Positions 24,574 through 38,793 are shown, counted from the first letter of the stretch. The stretch: DNA of 64,000 nt from Octopus vulgaris (GCA_951406725.2 OX597828.1:186001-250000); one strand, 5' to 3'. Notes: a model not told the origin generated them from the sequence alone. Translations and numbers: made by a program.

Positions 24574-27500
24574 TTTCTTCTTCTTTCAAATTTGCTTCCA
24601 TTTCTTGCCGAGTGTCTTCCCGTCTCCTAGGGCAAAGAAACTCATAGTATACATTGGTAGGCCATTAAACTAAACTCACTAGTTCGTTCTTTTTTTTTTA
24701 TAGAAATAAAGTTAAATTAAAATACATGGGTTGTAATAGTTCTCACTTCGACAATGCTCTTCTTAATACGTGTGATGTACCAGTTAAGACAATATTTTGC
24801 GCTTCTTGCAGAGATGGTAAGCCAGGGATCATTCTCATATTTTCGGTTCCCTTCTTGATCATTCCTAGTGATCCTACGATCACTGGTATTGTAACCGCCT
24901 TGAGATGCCACATTTTCTCAATTTCAATGAGCAGGTCTTTATATTTTCTGAGCTTGTCAAATTCTTTCGCCGAGATATTATGATCACAGGGAATGCTAAT
25001 GTCGATCAATAAGCAAACTTTATTATTTTGGTCTTTCACAACAATATCCGGTTTATTGGCTTTGATGGTTCGGTATGTATGTACTGGAAAGTCCCACAGA
25101 ATCGTTACATTTTCTCCTTCAGTTACAGCTTCAGGGTGGTGATTATACCACTTGTTGGCAGTTTTGATATTGTAATGCCGACTTATTAGCCAGTGTAGAT
25201 ATTGGCCAACTCTGTCATGTCTTAATTTATACTCCACTGGTGCTAAGACTTTACATCCAGAGATTAGGTGGTCCACTGTTTCAATCATGTCGTTGCAGAA
25301 TCGGCATTTTGGGTCTGCTCCATTTTTCATCACATTGGCCTGGTAGTTCCGGGTTAATAGGCTTTGATCTTGAGCAGCCAGGATGAAACCTTCGCTCTCT
25401 GCTTTTAGTCCTGTGCTCCGTAGCCACTGATGGTCAACATCAGCTTGTTTGCTACGGGCCACATATTTGCCGTGCAGAGGTTTCTCCTATCAGCCAATTG
25501 CTCGTGCGCTTTTTTCGTTGCCATTATTTTCACCTTCTTTGCAACAATAGTTGCCGTACTTCCCTCGGGTTGTTCAGTTTGGGTATCCTGCACGAGATCA
25601 ATAGCAAATTTTTTGCTTTCCTTTATGATAGAATGAAGCTTCTTTCGTCTCTCGTGATTTTCCACGAGCTTTAGCATCCAGTCATTCGTTATTTCATGAT
25701 ATTTGGCCAGTCCAATTGTAGTTGTTTTGTAAGCTAGTTCAAATTGGATCAGGCCTCGACCTCCTTGGGCTCTGGGAAGTTAAAGGCGATCTACGTCTGC
25801 CTTTGGGTGGTGCATCCTATTACAACTCAGCAGCTTGCTTATTTTCCTATCTATTTTCTGTACTTCACTCATATTCCAGTTCAACACATTGTAGCTATAA
25901 GTAACAACTGGAACTGCTAAGGAATTTATACCTAACACCTTGTTACGTGCATTTAGTTCAGATTTCAGGACTGCTCGAACTCGCCTATAAGATTCCTTCC
26001 TGATCTTCTCTTTCATGCTTGCATGCTGAACACCAGAGCCTTCATTTATCCCCAAATATTTGTAGGTTTGTTCTTGCTCAAACTCTCTTATGACTGTGTC
26101 AACATCTAACACGACTGAATTTGTGGTCTTCACTTTCCCTTTCTGGAAAGTGGCCTTGGCACTCTTCTCGAGCCCAAACTCCATCCCGATGTCATCACTG
26201 AATGCTTTCACAGTGCGCAATAGGCCTTCAAGTTCATTATCGTCTTTACCATAGGGTTTTAAGTCATCCATATAAAATAGATGGCTTATTTTTTTATTGG
26301 CAATTTTATACCCATACCCTGTTCTGTTTAATTCACTTGTAAGGGGTATTAGGGCTATGCAGAATATTAAAGGTGAAAGTGAGTCACCTTGAAAAATTCC
26401 ACAGTTGATGTTTATATTCTCTGAGGCAAGTACTCCATTAGAGTGGTATAATTGGAGATTCGTATTCCACAACGACATATTATGCTTCAGGAAGCTTGAA
26501 ATCACAGGGGAAATTTTGAAGATGTCCAACGATTTCAAGATCCATGAATGTGGTATACTGTCGAAGGCCTTTTTATAGTCAATCCATGCGGAGCTGAGAT
26601 TTCTGCGCTTGTTGTGACAGTTCTCAAGGATCATACGATTAATTAGTAGTTGATCTTTGCATCCGTATGAGCCTCGGCGGCACCCTTTTTGTTCAATGGG
26701 GAAAATATCGTTCTTCTCCATGAATGCATATGTTTTCTCCGCCAGGATAGATGTTAGGATTTTATACGTGGTGGATAAACAGGTTATAGGCCGATAGTTT
26801 TTTGGAAGTTTGGTTTCGTTATTCTTTGGGAGTAGGTAAGTAATACCACTTGCTAACTATTCAGGTGTTTTCTTTGGGTCTCTCATAATTCCATTGAGCA
26901 GCTGAACTAGCTTATCGTGTGCGCATGGGAGCGATGAGAGCCAGAAATTCGGCACCCTATCTATACCAGGGGATTTCCAATTATGGGCCTTCGTGAGTGC
27001 CTTTGTTAGGTCTGCTATTGTGATGTCTTCCCATGCTTGTTGTTATAAATTTTGGTAGGATCCTTCTGTTTGTATAATCCAGTCAGCATTTATGTTGTAC
27101 GTCTTCTCGTCACTCCAAATCCTTTTCCAAAAGTTTTGAACTTCTTCCATGGGAGGGGGGTCTTTAACGGTTACTTTCTCCTTCCCTATTTCTCTGTAGA
27201 ATTTTTTGGCATTGGATGTGAACAGTTTATTTTGCTTGTAAAACTTGTTTCTCTTCTCAAATCTTCGTATTCTTTGAGCTTTTGCTTGGACTTTTTGTTT
27301 CAGCGTTTCTTTTATTGATATCAGTTCTTCTCTTGGTGAGGATCCAAATTTTCTCTTCATCTTTATTCTTGTTCTGGATCTTACATCATTTTCACATATT
27401 AGTTAATTTAATATTGATATTTCTCCTCTCACAAATTCAATCTCTTTTTCAATTTTACTTCTCCAGGTTCGATTTCTTCCCAGGTTTGGTTTTCTTTGTT

Positions 27501-28932
27501 TTTTTCGGGGGCATACAGCTGGTTTCAATTGCCCTAGCAGAAGCGTAAATAATTTCATTTAACTCAGTAAAATCAGGTTTTAATTCTTGTATTATTTCAT
27601 TTGTTACATAGTTGCCAATTTTGATTTGTTTTTTATTTTGTTTTGTATTTGAGAGTTTATGAAGTGGTTCTCTATCATTCATACTTGTATGTCTTACAAC
27701 TTCAAGCGTATTCAGGATTTTCTGCCTCATTTCTGCCATAGACTCTCTGTTTCTTCAGCAAATGCGAGATCTTCAGTTACTGTTGTTTTATCATTTCCCT
27801 GACTATCTTTAACAGGTTCTCTTTTACTCTTTTACTTGTTTCAGTCATTTGACTGCGGCCATGCTGGAGCACCGCCTTTAGTCGAGCAAATCGACTCCGG
27901 GACTTATTCTTTGTAAGCCCAGTACTTATTCTATCGGTCTCTTTTGCTGAACCGCTAAGTAACGGGGACGTAAACACACTAGCATCGGTTGTCAAGCAAT
28001 GCTAGGGGGACAAACACAGACACATATATATATACATACGACAGGCTTCTTTCAGTTTCCGTCTACCAAATCCACTCACAAGGCATTGGTCGGCCCGGGG
28101 GCTATAGCAGAAGACACTTACCCAAGATGCCACGCAGTGGGACTGAACCCGGAACCATGTGGTTGGTTAGCAAGCTACTTACCACACAGCCACTCCTGCG
28201 CCTATTAGAATTTCTTGTATCTTCAGGCCTTTGCGTGCTTTGGTCAGGTGGCAGTCTTTCAATTAAGCCTCGTGGCGGGCTATTCTGTTCATCTGATTCT
28301 TCATTTCCTTTGTATCTTATATTTATATCATTTTCCGTTGCGTGCTTGATCGCGCATATTTCACTGTCTGTGAGTCTGTTATTTCTAAGGATATCTCTCC
28401 TCACATTTGCCAATTTGTTCTCGTCCAATTTGTTCTCGTCTTGATTCCGTGTTCTCCATGTACTGTAAGAGTTTGCGGTGTGTCTCTCTTGAGATGGCCT
28501 ACCTAATGCGTAGTAATAAGCGTATATTACTTCTTTATACTCTTCTCGGGTCCATTTGTTCCGCTTACATTTTTCTTTCTGTGGTGGTTGTGGTGGTGAA
28601 CTTGTAGGGCTCGAGTTGGGGAATTTCCCGTTCAAGTGACCATCCATGTCCGTATTCGAAGAGTTTGTGCCAGTTGATGACTTTTCGATCCCAGGCTGGC
28701 TCTTCCCTGGGGGACGCGCTTCCAGATTAACCATAGGACAAGCGATTTGGTATACTGATTTAGTTTTCCTTTTAGTTTCCAAAAACATTTTGGTGCTACG
28801 ATAACGTTATCATTTTTGAGCTCTGCGTGGCTCGCGGGGAGACGGCCATCATTGCCGTTACAATTATAATCGTACCATTATAGCAGCCGTAGCCGGACTG
28901 TGGTCACTCCTTGTAGTCATGGCAACAGTGTA

Positions 28933-28938
<6 letters not shown>
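24574..28938 (-). mobile_element. Near full-length Dong/R4-like non-LTR retrotransposon (RT + CCHC + REL endonuclease), frameshifted
   Basis: KWTREEY N-terminus; RT motifs EQKGCRRG, WIDYKKAFDS, GIFQGDSLSP, HLFYMDD, YKYLG; CRFC..ETVDHLISGC; KPDIVVKD..LIDISIP..K..KY. Bounded by (ATT)n on both sides, with a SINE inserted at 27819-28202. Confidence 0.92.
27819..28202 (-). mobile_element. tRNA-derived SINE nested in the LINE ORF
   Basis: Same family as 15622-16016; it interrupts the LINE N-terminal coding region. Confidence 0.85.
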
Positions 28939-28990
<52 letters not shown>

Positions 28991-29122
28991 GAGTGAGAGA
29001 GCAGTGCATGCCATCAAAGTGACACTGGGGTAAAATATACGAAGCCCAATATATCCATCATGACTACCCGTCTGATAAGGGTACACCAGGCACATGCATC
29101 ACAACCATATGTGCCGACATGG

Positions 29123-29197
<75 letters not shown>

Positions 29198-29229
29198 GTG
29201 AGGAGCTGGAATTAACAAGATTAATGTTG

Positions 29230-29699
29230 GAACATTTTTTCAACCAACGTATCCCTCTTTATTTGTTCTCTACTTATTATTTCTTTAACCCTTCTCTTTC
29301 TAGTATCTGCCTTTGACGTCGAATCTACTAACGGTTTTTAAAAATTACTTAATAACGTTCTGTTTATCATTTATGCAGCCATCGTAATTGTTATAGTGTC
29401 TTGTTGTTGAGATAGGCTCTCTTTCTTTCCTGATGAGAAGATTGCATTTTACACCGTTTATTCTTTTGGAATAAACCAATGTTGTCTTCGAAACATATGT
29501 CGAAAGTAAAAGAATTTTAATAACATCTGCGTTCAACTGCATTTATTTACTTATACTACACAAATTACTGCACATTAACCCGGAGTTTCTACCTTTGAAA
29601 AGTCGCTTCATCCGTGTTACTTGCGTGAATTTTGCTACCCTGGTAACTGTTTATTGAATATTCCATATTAACGGTAAACAAAGGATAATTCATTCATCC

Positions 29700-29703
<4 letters not shown>
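29230..29703 (+). mobile_element. PLE pLTR, inverted relative to 23686-24011
   Basis: 29230-29553 is a reverse-complement match of 23686-24011; it then continues into 5'UTR-like sequence and ends at (TA)n. Confidence 0.8.
29425..29506 (+). ncRNA. Type I hammerhead ribozyme motif, canonical, sense to the host gene
   Basis: CTTTC-CTGATGA(29430-29436)-stem II-GAAAC(29490-29494)-ATAT-GTC(29499-29501)-GAAAG. Confidence 0.85.
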
Positions 29704-29743
<40 letters not shown>

Positions 29744-29777
29744 GGATGAATGAATTATCCATATATATATATATATA

Positions 29778-30566
29778 AATGAATGTTTTTATATATAATG
29801 AACGTGAAATACAGGAAGGGACGAACACGGAACACAGACAAATCATTCGAAGCCTTCAATCTTCAGTCAGACACCGAATCATCATAGCAAATTTCGGCTG
29901 TTCAATTCTGATATTTGCTCCAACTCGGCCAGCCCCAAGAAAAAAAACTAAGCTGTAAGCGTTAGATTTCTTGGTAGAAGACAGGAATGTGAACGCACAA
30001 GACGGATGTGAATACAAGAGACGAAAACGAAATTGAAAACAGTAATGAATAAACAAAATATATATAACGGTGGTTGTCATACGACTTTAGACCAAATGAG
30101 ACAAAAACACAACAACAACATAGCTGGCGTAGAAATAATTACCGTTTCGGTAGCGGGGACACATGTTGGTCGAGATACGAAGGCCAACAGAATGGTTTAA
30201 GAAGCAGCAGGTCGCAGGAGAGAGAGAAAGAGAGACAGAGAGAGAGGGAATCAAAGAGGGTGGAAGGCAGGGGACAGAATCAGTGATCAAGAGAAAAGGA
30301 GAAAGAAGGGATTAAGGAGGATGGGAGGAAGAGGGGAGGAGGATGGGAGGAAGAGAGGGGAAGAATCGGAGGGCGCCAAAAAGTTTGGTGAAGAAGCAAT
30401 GGCGGGTAGTAAAAGACAGTGTGTATAGAAGTCGTGCAGGGTTTAAAATTGGACAAACAAACGGGGGGGTGCACGTAACGCCGCAATAATATAAGAATGA
30501 ATGTTTTTATATATAATGAACGTGAAATACAGGAAGGGACGAACACGGAACACAGACAAATCATTC
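29778..30566. mobile_element. Non-coding element with 71-bp direct terminal repeats in (TA)n
   Basis: 29778-29848 equals 30496-30566 (period 718 bp). This pLTR-like partial tandem layout has no convincing ORF. Confidence 0.6.
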
Positions 30567-32044
30567 ATATATATATATATATGTGTGTGTGTGTTGTGAC
30601 CTGAATCTATCAATTTCCTTTAACATTTCAACACCACTTTTCTCACAGAAAAACAATAGTGACAACAGTTACATTTAACATATGGCTTTACCAAGCCGAT
30701 TTATGACTTTGCCACTTGACCCTTTCAACTTCTTGTATGCAGTGGAGAGTTGAATTACGATAACAATGGACCCCCAAAGAATATATTTTGTTCTCTGCAA
30801 TATACTTATTTTTCTAACTGGTTTTCTATAGTTATAAATACTTGAACTCCGTAAGCCAAAATCAGTTAGTGAACGGAGATCACCAGAGATGACCGCATGC
30901 AGACAAGCACTAGAAACTAACGGCCAGAGGGAGAAAGACAATCAGCCACTATGATACATACAACTTTCCTCTTCACTCTTTAACTTTCACTAGCTCACTT
31001 TCTTTTCTCTACGACATTAACCTATCTCTATCTGTGGTTTACTACTACACAATGATGAGAACACAAACACAAACTATATAAGGGAAATCTACGGTATCTC
31101 TCTTTACCTCGCATGCCACACGAATTATATTTTTCATACCAGCCCGTCGTTGTTTGTCTATATTACAAAGTAACGGTAATAAATATTTGTTTACAACTTC
31201 GCGATCAACTTCTTCTTTCATCTTGCACATCTGAAGCATTAACACCCAATATAATTGGTGACCACTAACTGCACCTAATTACAGAAGCTACACATATAAT
31301 AGAAAATAAACCTAGCCTGAATAGAAAACTAGAATGGAGCAATAGCGCACACCACAACATATGACAATAGTGGATCCTGCAAACATAATAAATACACAGG
31401 TAATTAAAGAAATAGAAATGAATATCTATATATATGTATATGTGTATATATATGTATATGTATATGTGTATATATGTGTGTATATATGTATATATATATA
31501 TATATATATATGTATATGTATATGTATGTATATATATATATATGTATATGTATATTCTTTTTTTTTTTTTTCTCGATTAGATTTATTATTATTATTACTA
31601 GTATTGTTGTTATACATACATACAAGCATATGTAATGATAATAATGGGTGGATGTAAACACATGAATAAAATTAGAACAAAAGCAACAACAACAAAAACA
31701 AAATACAAATTACAAGAATGTATATAACCAGAAGATACAAATATTACAGGCATCCCCCCCCCACACACTAAATAAACATAGACGCACATAGAGATATAAG
31801 CATGCGCAAATGAAGACATACAATAGAAATACAAAATGGCTGACGGTTAGTAAGGAGAGACACAAGTAAGTGAGAAGAAAACAAAGGACCACTGATGCGG
31901 TCACAGGAGTGTGACGAAAGAACTTTGGCCGAAATAAGATTAAGATTAATGTAAAAAATAAATATCACTGAAGCAAAATAACACCAAATATATAGTGCGT
32001 GTGTTTTTATTGGCTAAACTGGCAATATGACCATTCCGAAATAT

Positions 32045-32083
<39 letters not shown>

Positions 32084-32134
32084 GTGTAGGAAGAAATGGA
32101 GTTGAACGAAGATTTAACAAAATTCCTTTTTATT

Positions 32135-32220
32135 ATTTTCTACATATGTTTCAAAGGCTGCAAAGTCCCTAATTCGGATTGAATAAGGAGTCCATTTTGC
32201 AGCCTTCTCTTCAGGAAAAT
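32135..32220 (-). ncRNA. Type I hammerhead ribozyme motif
   Basis: ATTTTC-CTGAAGA-GAAGGCTGCAAA...TTTGCAGCCTTT-GAAAC-ATAT-GTA-GAAAAT. Confidence 0.8.
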
Positions 32221-32319
32221 CCAGGAACTTAATTCTCCAACAAAATGCACAGAAAGCTTTTCGACAAACGCTCACGAGGAGCCCATGGAATAAATTTTGT
32301 TGGAGAATTAAGTTCCTGG

Positions 32320-32405
32320 ATTTTCCTGAAGAGAAGACTGCAAAATGGACTCCTTATTCAATCCGAATTAGGGACTTTGCAGCCTTTGAAACATATGTAG
32401 AAAAT
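32320..32405 (+). ncRNA. Type I hammerhead ribozyme motif
   Basis: ATTTTC-CTGAAGA(32326-32332)-stem II-GAAAC(32388-32392)-ATAT-GTA-GAAAAT. Confidence 0.8.
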
Positions 32406-32604
32406 AATAAAAAGGAATTTTGTTAAATCTTCATTCAGCTCCATTTCTTCCTACACTAAATATATAAAACTTCAAATTTCCGCACTAAGGCACATATTTT
32501 AGGCCCCATGGTCGTAACCTCAACCGTGCGTGTTGTGATTTTTGCTACCCAGGTATCGGTTATCATTTGAATAATCCGTAATAAGATAATTCATTTATCT
32601 ACTT

Positions 32605-32636
<32 letters not shown>

Positions 32637-32686
32637 CGTAAACAAAATCAAATGCGATACAATAAAATTAATTATTATCGCTGGTG

Positions 32687-32764
<78 letters not shown>

Positions 32765-32885
32765 GTATATATATGTATATATATGTATATATATGTATAT
32801 ATATGTATATATATGTATATATATATGTATATATATATATGTATATATATATGTATATATATATGTATATATATATATGTATATA

Positions 32886-33499
<614 letters not shown>

Positions 33500-33502
33500 C
33501 AG

Positions 33503-33541
<39 letters not shown>

Positions 33542-34109
33542 AACGTATGTATGTATGTATGTATGTTTGTACGTGTGTACGTATATATGCATGTATCTAT
33601 ATAATACATGCCTGCAAAGTTTCGAAGTTTCACTGTCACCTGGCTAGATTTTCAGCGAAACTTCGAGGTTACTATCAGTCTTTTATAGACTATTTAAATG
33701 TTTCCTTCATTTAACGTTTGTTTTCTTTTAACTTTGGGTTGTCTCCTTTAAAGCTGATTTAATCAATGCTTAACTCAGTTTCCCTTGCTTCGATACAGCT
33801 GTAGTCTTTATTCAGTTATTCCATTTTGATCGCCATATTAAGTGTATTAGTGCTGCTTGCTCTTTCCCCATCATGTGAAGTCTTCTGAAAGTCCAATGGG
33901 AGAAATTCGACGACTTGAAACTATGATGAATCTCACAGGGTGCTCATTTTTATAGCATCAGCCATCACTAATGCCTACGCTTTCAACACAGCTATCACCA
34001 TCACCACCACAAGTATTACTATCACAACTATTAGTGTCTTCACCGCTACACAATTATATGTATATCCTTAAATCCTTAAAAATGTTTTAGCCCGAAGGCC
34101 GCGGCCATG

Positions 34110-34184
<75 letters not shown>

Positions 34185-34186
<2 letters not shown>

Positions 34187-34344
34187 CGTGATGCATATAT
34201 GCCATTTGAATATGGCTAACCCATAAGGGTGGATGCTACTGTAGTTTGTAGCCCCAGGAAGATATATCTTCCTGGGGCTACAAACTACAGTAGCATTCAC
34301 CCTTATGGGTTAGCCATATTCAAATGGCATATATGCATCACGAT
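34185..34344. repeat. 160-bp spacer-less palindrome
   Basis: Centre GATA|TATC at 34264/34265; one mismatch seen between the 80-bp arms; abuts (TA)n. Confidence 0.9.
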
Positions 34345-34432
34345 GTGTTACCGCTACTGTTTATAACTCGCTCTGAGATTTATCATTATATATATATAGA
34401 TATAGATGTATATACATATGTATGTGTGTGTG

Positions 34433-34522
<90 letters not shown>

Positions 34523-34758
34523 TATAGATGTATATACATGTGTATGTGTGTGTGTGTTTGTGTGAGTGTATATATTTTGATTTAATTTCGTTAAAAATAT
34601 TACTTGTGTTGCTATGTTGTTGTTGTTACTGTTGTTGCTATTGTTGTTTGTGGTGGTAATGGTAAGAGAGGCTGCTGCTACTGCTGTAACACTGTTGCCC
34701 AGTATTAAGTTTTAAATTAAAAGCGAATTTTCCTTTCTTGCTATTGTCGACGCATTGT

Positions 34759-34797
<39 letters not shown>

Positions 34798-34798
<1 letters not shown>

Positions 34799-35365
34799 CT
34801 ACATACATTGGAAGCTATGCCAACATTATGGAATAACAACAGAAAAAAAGATGGTATAGGCACACACCAGAAAAGGTCACAGAAAACGAGAAAGCAACCA
34901 TACTCTGGGATATGCCGATACACACAGATAGAGAAATTAAGGCCAACAGACCAGATATAGTTGTCAGAGATCATGAAGAAAAAAATGCTTTTTAATTGAT
35001 GTATCAATACCGGCAGATGACAACGTGTCTCTAAAAGAAATGGAGAAACTCTCAAAATACAAAGACCTGGAAATAGAGGTAACTAGAATGTGGAATCTGA
35101 AAACAGAAACAATTCCTATCATAGTAGGTGCATTAGGCATGATAAAAAAATATTCAGACAAATACATAACAAAAACACCATGACTTACAAACACATATAA
35201 CATACAGAAAATTGCACTACTAGGCACTGCCCACATCCTACGCAGAACACTTTCCATACAATAACCATCAGAGCATCACAACAAATCACAGCACATACCC
35301 AAGGCACACAGAGCTGCGCTCGGTAGTGAAGTGAAAGCACGCTATAAAAATAAAAATAAAACTAC

Positions 35366-35366
<1 letters not shown>
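34798..35366 (+). mobile_element. Dong/R4-like LINE 3' fragment (REL domain)
   Basis: YIHWKLC..ILWDMPIHTDREIKANRPDIVV..LIDVSIP..KYKDL..GALG, between (TAA)n tracts. Confidence 0.85.
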
Positions 35367-35412
<46 letters not shown>

Positions 35413-35418
35413 CATAAT

Positions 35419-35460
<42 letters not shown>

Positions 35461-35987
35461 AACAATAATAATAATAATAATTATAAAGATTATTATTATT
35501 AGTAGTAGGATTTCAGATTCAAGTTTTTTTCAATCGGACACTTGCAATCACACCTTGTTATTTGTTGTTTTATTCCTTTTCTTTGTTGCTGTTGTTGTTG
35601 TTATCCTTGTAGTATTTCTATACATCTGCTCTTCCCATTAGTGTTTCAAGGCTTTTCAATGGTATTGAACTCACGTCTAGCTGTGTTCTAGGTTGGTTGG
35701 GCCAAGTGGGCAGGTGCGTGGAATAGGGTTCAAAGTCCTTTAGCTAAAATGCAAACGAGGGCAGGAGCCAAACAACATTTTAACAGACAACAGTAAGAAG
35801 GCCGAGTTACACATAAACAACCATATATACATATATATTCACATCATATACACACACATACGTGCAAACATACACTCATATACATTAATATAGATATGCA
35901 CACACGTTTGTATATCTATGTGTGTGTGCGTATAATATATATATATATATATATAAAGAGACCCAGAGATATAGAGGCATATATATA

Positions 35988-36041
<54 letters not shown>

Positions 36042-36201
36042 CATAATAGAAATACTAAAATTACTAAGTCTCTCTAAAAGAGAACAACGGCAGCGTTTCC
36101 GGAAAATAATAGTTATCGCCATACTAATATGGCATTCTTATAAAGCGGACAGCTTTATTCTTATTTTTATAAGAATGCCATATTAGTATGGCGATAACTA
36201 T

Positions 36202-36254
<53 letters not shown>

Positions 36255-36828
36255 ACCTTTCAACACACAATTTTGGTACAGTTAAACCTGTTATATCACA
36301 CACATATACACACGCACGCGAACGTACCCTCATGCACATCCAAACAGATACACATCCACAATTCTCACTCTTTCTGCTATTGAATTTTAAGATTTATTTT
36401 TTCCATGATTTCGTCAAAGGAAACAAAGAGAAGGAAAATAAAAAAATAAAATAAGATAAAATAAAGGAAAAGAAATATAAATGAAAGAAGAAACAAACCC
36501 GAAAATTCCTCTTATATTTTTTCTTTAATGTTAAGCAAATATTTCCTAATCGTTTCCTTTTATTCATTTTCATTGAATAAGTTTTCAGATAACGGTAAGG
36601 GTTAGCATTCATAACGATTACGTCATTTTTTACTCCACCAAAATATGGCTATACATTTCCTCAATTAACGTCCGTCAGTTCGCATTGTGTGATGGGCGTC
36701 AACAGGTTATGTAACTAAGAGAAGAAAAAAACAACATGACAAGCTTTTGAATGATGAAACTAGCGCTAGTAATAGGGATAGAAGTATGTTGCGGCTTCAT
36801 CCAACAGTAGTAGATCAAGTGTTAAATG

Positions 36829-36893
<65 letters not shown>

Positions 36894-38793
36894 CATACAT
36901 ACATACATACATACATACATACATACATACAAACAGACTTTAGGCAAAAACGTACTTTAGGTTAGTTGAAATATATTTGTGACATATCTCAAATGCTAAA
37001 GATAAATTTACTGCAATTACCGTGGAGAAAAATGTCCTCTTATGGTAAAATAAAAAAAAGGTGTGAAAACACTATGTCCAGAGTTGCCTCTCTTCGGTAT
37101 TTCCCATTGATTACGGCTAAAAAGTTAGAAACATTGGTGCCTGGGAATCCGACAGGTGGCAGCACTGGACAGATATGGTATTTTTACATTTTTTTAAAAA
37201 ACTAACCTAAAGTTCCTTTATGCCTAAACCTTGCTTGGTGCTGATATTACTGTAATTTTCCCGATCTTGGCCGTCTACTGACGCAAATCGAGCAAAGTTG
37301 TTGACTGTATTTTAGTTAAAGCCACTTCTTGATCAGATCTATCCAGAGTTGCCTCTCTTAGTATTTCCCACTGATGATGACTAACGAACCTACGTTACCT
37401 TGCTATCTGTTCTTTTCAACTAGTTGATACTTTCCTTATGATTCTGGCTGTGCCAAAGAAGAAAAGCTTTTGTAACAGCTCTGTTGGGCACTCTGTTCCT
37501 ATTTCTTTTATATTCTACATAATTCCTTGATGCCTTTTGATACTGGCGCCAAAGACATAACCAATAACTGGCACTATCTTTACCTTCTTCATTCTCCAGT
37601 CGAGCATTCTCGTATATAAAAAGATTGTATATATCTAATTTTTTTGTCTTCCTTTTTGGCTGTTCATGTATCAAAGGGGCACGTAACATCAATTATAAAG
37701 CACGTGTGGTTCACCTTGTACACCACCTCTAGGTCCTACTTCGTGTACTCAAGCACCTGGTCTGGTTAGATTTGGAAATCTCACAGGATTTTGCATGTCT
37801 TACACCCAGTCACTTTGTTTTATTTTTACCACGTCTTACCCCTCTCTATTATTATTATTGTTGTTGTTGTTGTTGTTATTATTATTATTATATGTAAGCT
37901 ATGAACTGGCAGAATCGTAAACGCATAGGACGAAATCCTTAGCGGTATTTCGTTTGTCTTTACGGTTATGAGTTCAAATTCCGCCGAGGTCGACTTTGCC
38001 TTTCATCCTTTCGGGGTCTATAAATTAAGCACAAGAGAAACACTAGGATCGATATAATCGACTTAACCTCCTCCATCGAGCTGCCCTTGTGGCAAAAGTT
38101 TGAACTCATTATTATTATTATCATCCTTATTATTATTATTATTATTATCATTATTATTATTGTTATTATTATCATTATTATTATTATTGTTATTATTATC
38201 ATTATTATCATGGCTTAGTGGTAAGTGTGTTGCACTCACCATCTTACGATCGTGATTTCAATTCCTAGACCTGGTGGTAGGTTGCGTACTTGAGCAAAAA
38301 CACCTCATCTCACGTTACTCCGTGATCACTTCGACACTTGACGCGTGGCACACCTGTGCACCTGTTCAAACAGAGGGACAGGTGAGCTAATGTGCAGCAC
38401 GAACATTCGATCACTTTAAACAAATCATTTCTGTAGGTCGTTCGGTGAAAGCTGAATATTCGTACGCCGTCTTCGATGGGAGAGTTCATGACTTGTTATT
38501 AATGCTATTGTAATTGTTTTTGTTGTCGTTGTTGTTGTAGTACGCTGGCTCCTAAACGTGAAATTAGGTCTATACTGCAAGATTTAAATGCACTAAAATT
38601 TATCTTTTGTTATATTTTTCCTGAATATGCTCTGCTGAAATACGGATGAGACTAATCTAGCTGCGCGCCTTTTGTACCATCAAATATCCCAATATTCTTT
38701 GTCAGCTGTGACTCGCTTTTGTGGTAACTAAGAGTAGCGATAATCTTTTAAATAATTATATTCCACAAGCACCGTGAACTTGTTATCTCACGG

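Larger units (their letters stand above)
32080..32460. repeat. Fold-back PLE element: 167-bp inverted arms, hammerhead in each arm
   Basis: Arms at 32080-32246 and 32294-32460 with a 47-bp spacer and few mismatches. Inserted in (TA)n. Confidence 0.9.

Noticed and set aside
29845-29940. Canonical hammerhead on the minus strand of the 71-bp direct-repeat element
   Set aside because: CTGAAGA and GAAA occur in the wrong order or spacing, and no consistent stems I-III could be drawn.
37077-37385. Direct repeat TCCAGAGTTGCCTCTCTT..TATTTCCCA (37077 and 37342)
   Set aside because: About 45 bp and degenerate; may be DNA transposon ends, but no matching inverted end or TSD was seen.
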